The notes under the pieces: generated by a model | What the model was told of the DNA's origin: nothing | The model's input: only the letters and a program-made list of their open reading frames with translations | The model's database searches: none | Position numbers and translations under genes: made by a program | DNA from: Octopus vulgaris | Lineage: Eukaryota | Reading direction: 5' to 3' | NCBI GenBank assembly: GCA_951406725.2 | Contig: OX597840.1 | Location: 21,948,001 to 22,012,000, forward strand | Length of the DNA: 64,000 nt | Part shown: in pieces, positions 1 to 10,355 of the stretch | How positions within the stretch are numbered: position 1 is the stretch's first letter | How the letters are laid out: each line of letters begins with the position of its first letter

Positions 1-59
1 TGCTACTTACCGAAAAATGGTTAAACACAAAATTGGGAAACAAAACATCTTGACTCACT

Positions 60-1430
60 TAATAACAATTATGATGATGATGATGATGATAATGAATATG
101 ATATTGACGATGACGACAACGGTGATGATGACGCTGACCATGATGACTATTGTTGTTTAGCCCCAGGCCAAGTTCTTGATATAGCAAAACCTGTAATCAA
201 AGGTAGAGGCAATGATGAAATTGGATGTGGTGGTGGTGTTCCTGTTTAGCCCCAGGCAAGCTCTGATACAGCAGGCTTGTGATCAAAGTCATTGGTGGTG
301 GTGGTGGTGGTGGTGGATGCAATATTGGTTGTGTTGGAGGGAGTGGAAAGATGGTGATGGTGGCGGCGGTGGTGGTGGTGGTGGTGGCGGCGGCGGTGTT
401 GCTACTTCTGTTGCTGGTGGTGATGATGGTGGTGGTGATGATGGTGGTGATGATGGAGGTGGAGGTGGCGGTGGTGGTGGTGGTGGTGGTGGTGGTGGTG
501 GTGGTGGTGGTGGTGGTGTTTAGCCCCGGGACAGCTTTGATATAGCAAACCTATGATTAACGTTGAAAGTACAAGAGAAAGTGGTATTGGTGTTGTTGTT
601 GTTGTTGTTGTTGGGGTGGTGGTGGTGGCGGCGGCGGTGGTAACACTGGTATAGGTGGGGGAGATCTTGGTTCTGATGGAAATGTTGTTGTTGTTATTAT
701 TGGTGGTGGTCACGGTGGGGATAGTCACAGTAGTAGTGATTGCTTTGGTGAAAGTGTGGCTTTTGTTTTAGGTGTTGTTGTTAGTGATGATTGTGGTGGT
801 GGCGGTGGTGACGGTGGTGGTGATGTTAGTGGTTTTGACAGTGGTATTGGTGCTTGTTATGGTGATGATAGTGATGGGGGTGGTACTGGTTTTGGTAGTG
901 ATGATGGTATTGATGCTTGTAATGGTGATAGTGGTGGTGGTGGTGATGGTGTTGGTGGGGGAGATGGTGGTGATGGTGGTTGTGGTGGTGGTGGGGATGA
1001 TGGTGGTGGTGGTGGTGGTGGTGATGGTGATGATGGTGGTGGTGGTGATGATGGTGGTGGTGGTGGTGGTGATGGTGGTGGTGGTGATGGTATTGATGCT
1101 TGTAATGGTGATAGTGGTGGTGGTAGTGGTGGTGGTGGGAGATGGTGGTGGTGGTGGTGATGGTGTTGGTGGGGGAGATGGTGGTGATGGTGGTGGTGGT
1201 GGTGGTGGTGTTGGTGATGGTGGGGTGGTGGTGGTGATGGTGATGATGGTGGTGGTGGTGATGATGGTGGTGGTGGTGATGGTATTGATGCTTGTAATGG
1301 TGATAGTGGTGGTGGTGGTGTTGGTCGTGGGAGATGGTGGTGGTGGTGGTGGTGATGGTGTTGGTGGGGGAGATGGTGATGATGATGGTGGTGGTGGTGG
1401 TGGTGGTATGATAGGGATGTTGGCTGTGGT
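60..1430. repeat. (GAT)n/(GGT)n low-complexity tract with higher-order repeats
   Basis: Long GGT/GAT runs. Unit GGTATTGATGCTTGTAATGGTGATAGTGG recurs at ~905, ~1088 and ~1281. Motif TTTAGCCCC-(N)-TGATATAGCA recurs at ~156, ~245 and ~519. Overlapping poly-G/V/H/T ORFs are artefacts. Confidence 0.95.
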
Positions 1431-1752
1431 CCCCCCCCCCCCCCCCGCAGTTTTCATATAAATGAAAATGCACCAAAATTTGAGTGCAACGTCCACCTTG
1501 TAACTGAGAACAGCAACGCCACCTATTGGCTGTGTTTTTTTCTCTTTTTTTTTTTGATGTCCAATTAACGAAGAAAAGCTTTTGAAATAATAAAATCATT
1601 CATTAAGAGAGAAAATAAATTAAAAGGCAAAAAATGATTACTTATGTGATTTTTGGATGGTTTGCATGGGGTGGGTGATGGGGTGGACGTGAATTTAAGG
1701 GGTAGGGATTGGTAGAGCAGGGGACGGGGTATTACATGTGCGTGTATGTATA

Positions 1753-1839
1753 TCATCATCATCGTTTAATGTCCGTTTTCCATGCTAGCATGGGTTAGCA
1801 TGGAAAAAAAAACGGACGTTAAACGATGATGATGATGAT
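1753..1839. mobile_element. Fold-back pair of RTE LINE extreme 3' ends
   Basis: CATCATCATCGTTTAATGTCCGTTTTCCATGCTAGCATGG followed by its reverse complement TAGCATGGAAAA..CGGACGTTAAACGATGATGATG. The same 3' terminus occurs at 33693 and 60997. Confidence 0.8.
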
Positions 1840-2000
1840 ATACATACACGCACATATATATAAATAGAGAGAGAGAGAAAGAGAGGTAAATATATATATA
1901 TGTATGTATGCATGTATATATACATACATGTAAGCACATAACTATAAACTAAGGTGGAAGAAAATAGTACTCGAATACCAAAGGTAGAGCAATATGCTTT

Positions 2001-2153
2001 TATTAAAGCTGTAAAATTATCACAAATACTGTTACTCAGAGTTTCATGTTCCCATTCGCTGGACAAATGTGATGAAAACTTTCCATCACAAGTGTCCAAT
2101 GGGAACGTGAAACTCCGAGTAACAGGTTTTGTGATAATCTTGCAGCTTTAATA
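2001..2153. repeat. ~75-bp-arm inverted repeat made of two decayed hammerhead-like (Penelope-type) terminal repeats
   Basis: Arm ATTAAAGCTGTAAAATTATCACAAATACTGTTACTCAGAGTTTCATGTTCCCATT pairs with AATGGGAACGTGAAACTCCGAGTAACAGGTTTTGTGATAATCTTGCAGCTTTAAT; centre near 2080. Confidence 0.85.
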
Positions 2154-2167
2154 TATATATATATATA

Positions 2168-2285
2168 TCAGCCGAAATTGCGAGGATGATCTGGTTCTTG
2201 ACTGAAGATTAAAGGCTTCGGATGACCCATCCGTGTTTTTTGTATCGTCTATCTGGACGTTTTGCGTTCTTGTCCCATTTTGTGT
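2168..2285 (+). mobile_element. Truncated copy of the 16.3-17.0 kb repeat family (GAAA and CUGANGA segments)
   Basis: GCCGAAATTGC..ATCTGGTTCTTGACTGAAGA..GATGACCC..GTATCGTCTATCTG..TTGCGTTCTTGT aligns to the reverse complement of 16300-16460. Confidence 0.75.
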
Positions 2286-2312
2286 GTGTATATATATATA
2301 TATATATATACA

Positions 2313-2730
2313 CATATATATAAAGCTGAAGTTTTCTGTGTGTGTATGTGTGGGGACAATTCCATACGGCCGCAATTATCTTCTGAACCTTTCATCCGAT
2401 TTTGTTGAAGTTTTATACAGAGCTTCGTCTTTCGAAAATTGATATTTGGGCCTGTTGAGCTATGAGATGAGTTGTACTCACATGTGAGCTTTACTCAATC
2501 AGCCGGTTCAGCACGAAAATGCTGCAGTTATTAAGCACGAAAACAAAAGGTTTTTTTATTGCTGGGCATAAACGTTTTCTTAAGCAAATTTTCAAAAGGT
2601 TGGTCACCTTAGGTCGATCATTTTGTTATCTTATATAGTCGACAATTTTTTTCTTATATACTCGTTTTTTATTGGAAGTATAATAATAAATGTATCTTTT
2701 TTAAAGTTGATAATAACTTTGACTGGTGCT
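2313..2730 (+). mobile_element. Helitron 5' head
   Basis: TATATATAAAGCTGAAGTTTTCTGTGT matches the 5' end of the complete Helitron at 18599. Helicase fragments follow downstream on the same strand. Confidence 0.6.
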
Positions 2731-3090
2731 AAAAAATGTGCATTATTCACCAAAATTGTTTGTAGAAAATAATGCCGGGTAGTTCAAACGTGGCTCTCAC
2801 TTACGAAAAACGAAATCATTATCACACTTATTGCATTTCCTTTTTATTGCATTCCCGAGCGCTAAAATTGTGCATTATTCACCTAAATTGTTTGTAGAAA
2901 AATAATGCAGGGTGTTTCAAATCACACTTATTGTATTTCGTTTTTAATGAATTCCTGAGCGCTAAAAAATGTGAATTATTCACCTAAATTATTTGTAGAA
3001 AATAACGCAGGGTAGTTCAAGCGTGGCTCTCACTTACGAAAAACGAAAGCATTATCACACTTATGGCATTACGTTTTTAAATGCAATTCC
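2727..3090. repeat. Three copies of a ~130-bp minisatellite (middle copy internally deleted)
   Basis: GCTAAAA..GTG(C/A)ATTATTCACC(A/T)AAATT(G/A)TTTGTAGAAAA recurs at ~2728, ~2861 and ~2961. Confidence 0.85.
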
Positions 3091-3469
3091 TGTTTACGGA
3101 CCCAAGACGTTGTTTCAGCAAGAAAACTGTCAATTGTAAAATTTCGGTTTTCCTTAAGATTTATTTTCACTCTTTGCACTTGAAATGAAAGGTAAGTTTT
3201 CCTTGAGATTATTTTCTGGCCTATTTCATAACCAACAATTCCTAAACTGTTTCTATGTTAAGTTTAACATTTCACTTTGTCCTGTTCATCGTTTTGCTCA
3301 TGAAGTTATTTAGACTTCAATGTTTGTCGTTACGTTAACAATATTACGGCAAAGTTCATTTAAGGGTAAGTCTAGAAATCAAAGACTTAAAAATATTCTA
3401 TTTTTGTTTTCGTCCACTATTGGGTCCCATGATTTTATGACGGAATATTTTGTTACAAACTCGGTTTCC

Positions 3470-3690
3470 CTCTCTTCGCCATTTTCTTCTCAACTCCTCC
3501 AAATCGGCGATGGTCGACTCGAGTCCATCGACACTTCTACATTTGGCCACTCTGTCTCCGCCCCCCCCCACCTCTGCTCTTCCCTGTATCCTAATTTATC
3601 GACTGACTTCATGAAAACTTATTGGCTTTGCGATTAGGGCTATTCTTCGGCGCCCATTAATGCTGCAGTTCAGCTTATCAACCATGACTC
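3470..3690 (+). pseudogene. Helitron PIF1-like helicase fragment
   Basis: Translates FSSQLLQIGDG...LYPNLSTDFMKTYWLCD then, across frameshifts, RAIL-AP-NAAVQLINHD. This matches the LLxIGDG...WLxxRAILAPxNxxVxxIN segment of Helitron RepHel helicases. Confidence 0.8.
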
Positions 3691-3814
3691 AGCCATTTCT
3701 CCTCCATTACAAGAATCGCTGCCAAAGCTTTTTTTGCAAAACGGGCAAAATTTTAGTGAAACCCCCAAATACAGTCAAAGCGAAATTTTCCTCGCTTTTT
3801 TTAAATTTAGAAAT

Positions 3815-4712
3815 CATTTATTGAAACCTTGAATGTTTGGACATCAAAAAGAAAATAACATTTTCGTGAGGAGGTTTTTCTGTTGTACCAATTTTTTTCA
3901 ATAATGTTTTACAAAGTTGTTCTTCCGACTCCCACGTTTTCCAGTCGGGATTTCGTAACAAAGTTTTCGACCTCAAAAGAACATTAAGCGTAGAAGTTTT
4001 CAAGCAATTTCCATTTTTAGTTTTGATATTGTGGCTTAAAGGATGACAAGAGTGGATAGCGGTACTCATCGCCACATTTCTCTTGTGAAACAGCAAACCA
4101 AAATTATCCTGACTCGTTGCGTCAAGTGGCGCCATTCCTGAATAATTTCATCACAAAGACTTGGGAATCGCATGGTAAGTGGTATAATTGACTTTGGTTT
4201 TCCTTCAATTACGTTGGTTGGGTCCAACGCCTCTAGTAATCCCAAATTGTTGTTCTGCACATCGCAAGACGAAAACCGAACGAGTGTTTGATTTGAAAGA
4301 CTAACAAAGAATTGTAGTAAATTCTGTCGGAAAGTCAACAATTCATTAGGAGCAATGGTGGTAGCATTTTCAGAGAAAATTCTCTCAGCTCCGGCGCCAA
4401 AGTAGATACAATCTAATGGCGTGTCGTTGCATCGTTGACATTAATCTCTCAAACATTGATGACAGAGAAAGGAAGTAGGTCTGATGAAATTGCTCAAAAT
4501 ATCCTTCATTCCAGCATTGATGGCTCTTTTAAGCTTATGCAACCGATAGCCTTCAGCCTGAAATTCCAGATTAAGTTTAAACTGAAAGAGAGAAATGTTA
4601 AATACGTATTTGTAAGAGGATTCTTTATTACAGTGAGAATTCGTCGAGCCGTAATCGGACACCCACCCTCTAATGTTTGTGTGAAATATGCCAGTAGTGT
4701 TGGCCACTTGTC
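3815..4712 (-). pseudogene. hAT transposase, duplicated 3' half (copy A)
   Basis: Paralogous to 5545-6720. Translates NIKTKNGNCLKTSTLNVLLRSK (dimerisation region) and KLNLEFQAEGYRLHKL. Confidence 0.8.
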
Positions 4713-4886
4713 TTACGTTTTTATTGCAATTCCTGTTTACGGACCCAAGACGTTGTTTCAGGAAGAAAACTGTCAATTGTAAAATTTTGGTTTTCCTTAA
4801 GATTTATTTTCACTCTTTGCACTTGAAATGAAAGGTAAGTTTTCCTTGAGATTATTTTTTGGCCTATTTCATAACCAACAATTCCT

Positions 4887-5420
4887 AAACTTATTGGCTT
4901 AGGGCTATTCTTCGGCGCCCACGAATGCTGCAGTTCAGCTTATCAACCATGACTTAACCATTTGTCCCTCTTCGCCATTTTCTTCTCAACTCCTCCAAAT
5001 CGGCGATGGTCGACTCGAGTCCATCGACACTTCTACATTTGGTCACTCTGTCTTCCCCCCCCACCACCTCAGCTCTTCCCTATATCCTAATTTATCGACT
5101 GACTTCATGAAAACTTATTGGCTTTGCGATTAGGGCTATTCTTCGGCACCCACGAATGCTGCAGTTCAGCTTATCAACCATGACTTAACCATTTGTCCCT
5201 CTTCGCCATTTTCTTCTCAACTCCTCCAAATCGGCGATGGAAGACTCGAGTCCATCGACACTTCTACATTTGGTCACTCTGTCTCCGCCCCCCACCACCT
5301 CAGCTCTTCCCTGTATCCTAATTTATCGACTGACTCCATGAAAACTTATTGGCTTTGCGATTAGGGCTATTCTTCGGCGCCCACGAATGCTGCAGTTCAG
5401 CTTATCAACCATGACTCAGC
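4887..5420 (+). repeat. ~231-bp tandem repeat (about 2.3 units) of the Helitron helicase fragment
   Basis: AAACTTATTGGCTT..AGGGCTATTCTTCGG recurs at 4887, 5111 and 5342. Each unit encodes RAIL/APTNAAVQLINHD and FSSQLLQIGDG. Confidence 0.9.
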
Positions 5421-5544
5421 CATTTCTCCTCCATTACAAGAATCGCTGCCAAAGCTTTTTTTGCAAAACGGGCAAAATTTTAGTGAAACCCCCAAATACA
5501 GTCAAAGCGAAATTTTCATCCACTTTATTTTTTATTTAGAAATC

Positions 5545-7750
5545 ATTTATTAAAACCTTGAATGTTTGGACATCAAAAAGAAAAATCTTTTTTGTGAGGA
5601 GGTTTTCTGGGTACTACTAGCGAAGACTGGTCCCGGTGCGCGCAGTCGCGCATCCGCGCTAGCTAGTCGTAAGTAGTCGATCCTACAACGACTTGCGCGT
5701 ATGCAAATGAGTTGATTTTACAGAATAAAATAAAAGAATTTTTTAAAGAAAGTAAATAAATTATTTCTTAGAACAATGTATATGATTTTTTTTACACAAA
5801 TCAAATAAAATGTGTGTGATATATTCTTTAGTTTTTAATCATGTGTGTATATACACACCGATAATACAAATAGATATTATATATGTGTTTATGTGTGATA
5901 GCGAGAGAGGAGAGCATATTACAGCATTCCATGAAGGGTTTTTTTTTTTTGGTTTGTTTTGATGTTTTCTTGTTTGTTTATTTACACTAAACCCCCACCC
6001 CCTTGTCTTGATCATTAATTAGACCCATTGGTTGTCTTCCAACCTACAACACAACTCATTTGCATACGCGCAAGTCATTGTAGGATCGACTACTTACGAC
6101 TAGCTAGCGCGACTTCGCGTGCGTGCGCACCGGGACCAGTCTTCGCTAGTAGTACCGTTTTCTGTTGTACCAATTTTTTTCAAATAATGTTTTACAAAGT
6201 TGTTCATCCGACTCCCACGTTTTCCAGTCGGGATTTCGTAGCAAAGTTTTCGACCTCAAAATAAAATTAAGCGTAGAAGTTTTCAAGCAATTTCTATTTT
6301 TAGTTTTGATATTGTGGAAAACAGAAAAAATTCTATCTGATGATGCAGAGGAGTGTGGTAAAGGAAGAAGACTGGGCTTAAAGGATGACAAGAGTGGATA
6401 GCGGTACTCATCGCCATATTTCTCTTGTGAAACAGCAAACCAAAATTATTCTGGCTCGTTGCGTCAAGTGGCGCCATTCCTGAATAATTTCATCACAAAG
6501 ACTTGGGAATCGCATGGTAAGTGGTATAATTGACTTTGGTTTTCCTTCAATTACGTTAAAATTCCAGATTAAGTTTGTTAATGTTGTTTAAAATGAAAGA
6601 GAGAAATGCTAAATACATATTTGTAAGAGGATTCTTTATTTCAGTGAGAATTCGTTGAGTCATAATCGGACACACACCCTCTAATGTTTGTGTGAAATAT
6701 GCCAGTAGTGTTGGCCACTTCTCTAAAAAGCGCTGCACAACTTGCTTGAGAGACAGCCATCTAGTGCACCTTGCATGCAGGATTTTGTGAGGACCAATTG
6801 AAGCTATTTTCTGCAGATTTTTGAATTCTTTGATATGCTTAGGGCTGTGACTAAAGTATGCATAAATTCTTCGACAGAATCTGGTAATTCATTGCATGTA
6901 TTTGATGAGTATAAGTGTAAAGAATGACAAACACAGGTTTGCACAAAAAGATCTGGCCTGTTCTGCTTCAACAAATGCTGAACACCTCTCTTGCTTCTCA
7001 TCATAACATTTGCATTATCACAGGTGAAACCTATCAAATTTTCCAGAGGAATAGTGTGTCCATTTTAAAATGATAGAAGACAGCTGTATATACCCGTAGC
7101 ACTGCAATCCTGTAATTCTAGAAGTGTAAGAAAATTGTTGACTGTCTTTTGAATTTCAGTGTCATAATATCTGGAAACCAGGATAAATTGTTTTAGTGAG
7201 AATTTTGATAAATGAAGTTTTTTTTTTAATAAAGCGTTGAAGCCGTAGGGGCCAATGGCTTTAAGAAAGATGTATGTACCTTTTGTTCGGGCACACTTTG
7301 TACCCTGGGCGACAGGCGTTTGCAACAAGGCCAGGTAGGTGGTCCAAAGTAGAAACTGGGAGATTATGCTCAGCAACAGATGCACAATATTTCAATTCAG
7401 CAGCTGCTACTTTTTTGGAATGTGAAGGAAACGATGAGGCCTCGAAAGAATTGGTAAACTTTTTTGCTTTATTTCATTTGCATTCTTGCTGTGTTTTTCT
7501 GTCTGTTCATGTTGTAAAATTTGGCTCCAACTACTGGCAATTTCACACTTGCATAATATGTATTTGCCATTAGCTGTATAATTCTTGCCTCGCTCCAACA
7601 AACTAGAAAATTTTTCACCACACAACAATTTTTGCGGAAGTTTCCTTTCCTACGATGCCCATCTAGCCGCCGCCTTCTTATCTGGTGCTTTGCGTTCATT
7701 ATCTGAGGAATGTTCTGTTTTCAAAGTTCTCTCACTCTTATCTTGCTCCG
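5545..7750 (-). pseudogene. Degenerate hAT transposase (copy B), interrupted by the MITE
   Basis: N-terminal Zn-finger-like LCKCEI..QHEQTEKH; catalytic region IGFTCDNANVM..GVQ..CVCHSLHL; TRWLS..RFLEKWPTLLAYF; C-terminal LPHSSASSDRIFS..IKTKNRN.L. Several frameshifts and stops. Confidence 0.9.
5610..6156. mobile_element. Non-autonomous TIR element (Merlin-like MITE)
   Basis: ~105-bp TIRs GGTACTACTAGCGAAGACTGGTCCCGGTGCGC.. / ..GCGCACCGGGACCAGTCTTCGCTAGTAGTACC. 8-bp TSD GTTTTCTG at 5602-5609 and 6157-6164. GG..CC termini with an 8-bp TSD fit Merlin. Confidence 0.9.
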
Positions 7751-7949
7751 GTTATAGTTCAAAACAATGTGAATAAAATAAGCTTTACATTTGCAGAATA
7801 ATATGAATAGGAAAGGGTTAAGCTGGTGTATTTTGCTGGGGTTTTTTAAAATTTAGACCCCTTTAAAACAAAAAAGTCATTGAACCAGGGTTTCATCAAA
7901 TATCTTTCCATGGGGCAAAGATCATCTGCTTTTAGGGGTGGGCATCTTT

Positions 7950-8305
7950 TATCTTTTCACTCATTTCAGTTATTTCACTGTGGCCATTGAATTTTCAGTC
8001 GAATGAATCGACCCCAGGACATACTTTTTAAACCTGGCACTTATTCTCTTGGTCTCTTTTGCTGCACTGCTAAGTTATGGGGACACAAGCACATCAACAC
8101 TGGTTATCAAACAATGGTGAGGGGATAAACACAGACAGAAAGACACATATATGTACACATGCAACAGGCTTCTTTCAGTTTCTGTCAACCAAATCCATTC
8201 ACAAAACCTCAGTAGGCCTGAAATAGAAGAAACTTGTCCAAGGTACCACAGGGTGGGACTGAACCTGTGGTTGGGAAGCAAGCTTCTTACCACACAGTCA
8301 TGGCT
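7950..8305 (-). mobile_element. tRNA-derived SINE family A
   Basis: Head TGTGTGGTAAGAAGCTTGCTTCCCAACCAC..GGTTCAGTCCC (A/B-box-like), body TAACTTAGC..GAATAAGT. Further full or partial copies at ~8694(+), 13865(+), 20185(+), 27630(-), 30060(-), 32145(+), 34760(+), 35035(+), 40965(-), 42155(-), 44850(+), 46975(+), 49190(-), 49770(-), 53140(-), 54785(-) and 54955(-). Confidence 0.85.
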
Positions 8306-8693
8306 GTGTCTTTATGACTATAAAATTTAATTATGCAGTCAATAATATCATCACATCATCATTTTCCTTTTGGTTGAATGAAAAACAATAAAGCCCTTAG
8401 ATCCAGCTTTGTTATCATTCATAAATTCCTTTCTAAAGAACTCTTGTCACGGCTCATGTGCAGATAACTGTACACCCATCCATGCCATCTCCCACTTGTT
8501 TTGTACTATTTTCTTTAACAGTTCCTTTTATTCAAAACCAATTCCCTCTGCTTTACCTCAGATCATTTCTATTTTATGATTAATCCATTTTGCTTTTATA
8601 TTTCATCGTCAGTTTTTCAATCTGTTTTTTAATCAGTTTTTATTTGCTTCTCTACTTTTTTTTTGACATTCTGTAATTTTCTATTTAGTCAAG

Positions 8694-8990
8694 TGTGGCT
8701 GTGTGAAAAGAAGCTTGTTTCCCAGCCACTCTGTTGCAGGTTCAGTCCCACTCCGTGGCATCTTGGACAAGTGTCTTCTTCTATAACCTTTGGCTGATCA
8801 AAGCCTTGTGAATGGATTTGGTACTGAAAGAAGCCCACCATATATATATATATATATATATGTCTCTGTGTCTGTGTTCATCCCCCATCACAGCTTGACA
8901 ACTGCTGTTTGTATGTTTAGATCCCCATAACTTAGTGGTTTGGCAAAAGCGAGTGATAGAATAACTACTATGCTTAAAAAATAAGTTCTA
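8694..8990 (+). mobile_element. SINE family A copy
   Basis: GTGGCTGTGTG..AAGCTTGTTTCCCAGCCAC..GGTTCAGTCCCAC..(TA)n..TAACTTAGTGGTTTGGCAAAAG. Confidence 0.85.
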
Positions 8991-8994
8991 TGGT

Positions 8995-9192
8995 TGATTT
9001 GTTTTCTTCTGCTCTAATGCTGTGTTTGTATCCAATCAGTTCTCTCCCATCACTTTTTTCTTGGTACATACAGTCTGTCTGTATCCCATATTTAGTCAGC
9101 AACTTCCTTGTCTTTCTGTCTAAGCTGTTTAGTTCGTCTACTGTCCATGTGATTACTCCTGCTCCATATCTAAGTATTGAAACTGCCAAGTT
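8995..9192 (-). mobile_element. R4/Dong-like non-LTR retrotransposon fragment (post-RT region)
   Basis: AVSILRYGAGVITWTVDELNSLDRKTRKLLTKYG, typical of R4-clade ORFs. Confidence 0.75.
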
Positions 9193-9199
9193 AAGTGAT

Positions 9200-9610
9200 A
9201 AGTGAAGAATTTGTGGTCAAAATGGTGAAACTATATGGCATATTACCAGTCAATGTATGCCACTAACCCAGAATGAATATAAGAGACGTCATGACAATAT
9301 AGTAAGGATTGTCCATTGGACACTTTGCAACATGTATGAACTGGACAGAGCGAAAAGGGTGGTAGTAGTACCAATAATTGTCGGAGCCCTGGGAACAGTG
9401 AGTAAAAATCTTGAGAAGTACATGGAAGAAATAGGGGCTGCAATAAGGGTGGAGCACTTGCAGAAAACAGCATTGCTTGAATACTCCGGATGGTGCTCAA
9501 AAAATAAGGGGTGTTACCTTAGTGCACTGGTAATGAACAGCTGGTACCATAGTAGATCTCCAGCATTAGAAGCTGTGCAAAGACAATAAATAATAATAAT
9601 AATAATAATC
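9200..9610 (+). mobile_element. R4/Dong-like 3' end ending in (TAA)n
   Basis: YKRRHDNIVRIVHWTLC and VVPIIVGALGTVSKNLEKY..LQKTALL, followed by (AAT)n. Related 3' pieces at ~31510(-), 38255(-) and 51880(-). Confidence 0.8.
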
Positions 9611-9800
9611 CTTTCTACTAGAGGTACAACGCCTGAAATTTTGCTGGAGGGGTCAATTTGAATACATCGACCCCAGTGCTCAGTTGGTATTTAATTCATC
9701 GACCCCAAAAAGATGAAAGGCAGAGCTGACCTCAGTGGAATTTGAACTCAGAACATAAATCAGATGAAATACCACTAAGCATTCTGTCAACTTGTCACCT
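9610..9800 (-). mobile_element. SINE family B (core GCCTTTCATCCTTTCGGGGTCGATAAATTAAGTACCAG)
   Basis: B-box-like GAGTTCAAATTCC plus the conserved core. Other copies at 20925-21255(-), 22415-22610(-), 25400-25775(-), 30995-31500(+), 31845-32045(+), 38020-38250(-), 39068-39255(+) and 54435-54520(-). Confidence 0.85.
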
Positions 9801-10355
9801 TGATAATGATGATGATGATGATGATGACAATCAAATAGTAAAAATAACAACAAACAAAAATATAAAATGATAATAGAAAATAATCTTGATAAGGAACCTA
9901 GTGATAATGATAATGATGAGGAGAATGGTGGTGATGGTGGTGGTGGTGGTGATGGTGGTGGTGGTGGTTTGCTGACAGTTTTGATGGTGATGATGATGAT
10001 GATGACAATAATGGTGGTATCAGTGGTGATGCAGGCAATCCTGCAGCTGTGGCGGATTGTTATGAAGATAAAGATGATGGTGGTGGTGGTGGTGGTGGTG
10101 GCGACAGTGATGATGATGACGATGGTGTTATCAGTGGTGATGATGTCGGTCCTGCTGCTGATGATCATTATGAAGATACTAATGATGATGATGATGACAA
10201 TGGTGGTGATGATGATGACGGTGATCACGATGAAGATGATGACAATAACAATGCTGATGACGATGATGATAATTAAGATGATGATGATGATGATGATAAC
10301 GATGATGGTTATGATGATAACGATGACGATGATGATGATGGTGGTGATAATGATT
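9800..10355. repeat. (GAT)n/(GGT)n microsatellite tract
   Basis: Direct inspection; the poly-D/M/I/H ORFs are artefacts. Confidence 0.95.

Noticed and set aside
1451-1535. HINENAPKFECNVHLVTENS after a C-run and CAG, resembling a cadherin DxNDNxPxF..VxEN linker
   Set aside because: Spacing is short, no cadherin repeat continues, there is no donor site, and the frame runs into poly-T. Probably chance.
212-1599. Long Gly/Asp-, His-, Val- or Thr-rich ORFs resembling structural proteins
   Set aside because: Open in nearly all frames on both strands because (GGT/GAT)n lacks stops; no signal peptide or splice structure. The same applies to 9680-10481 and 36048-36916.
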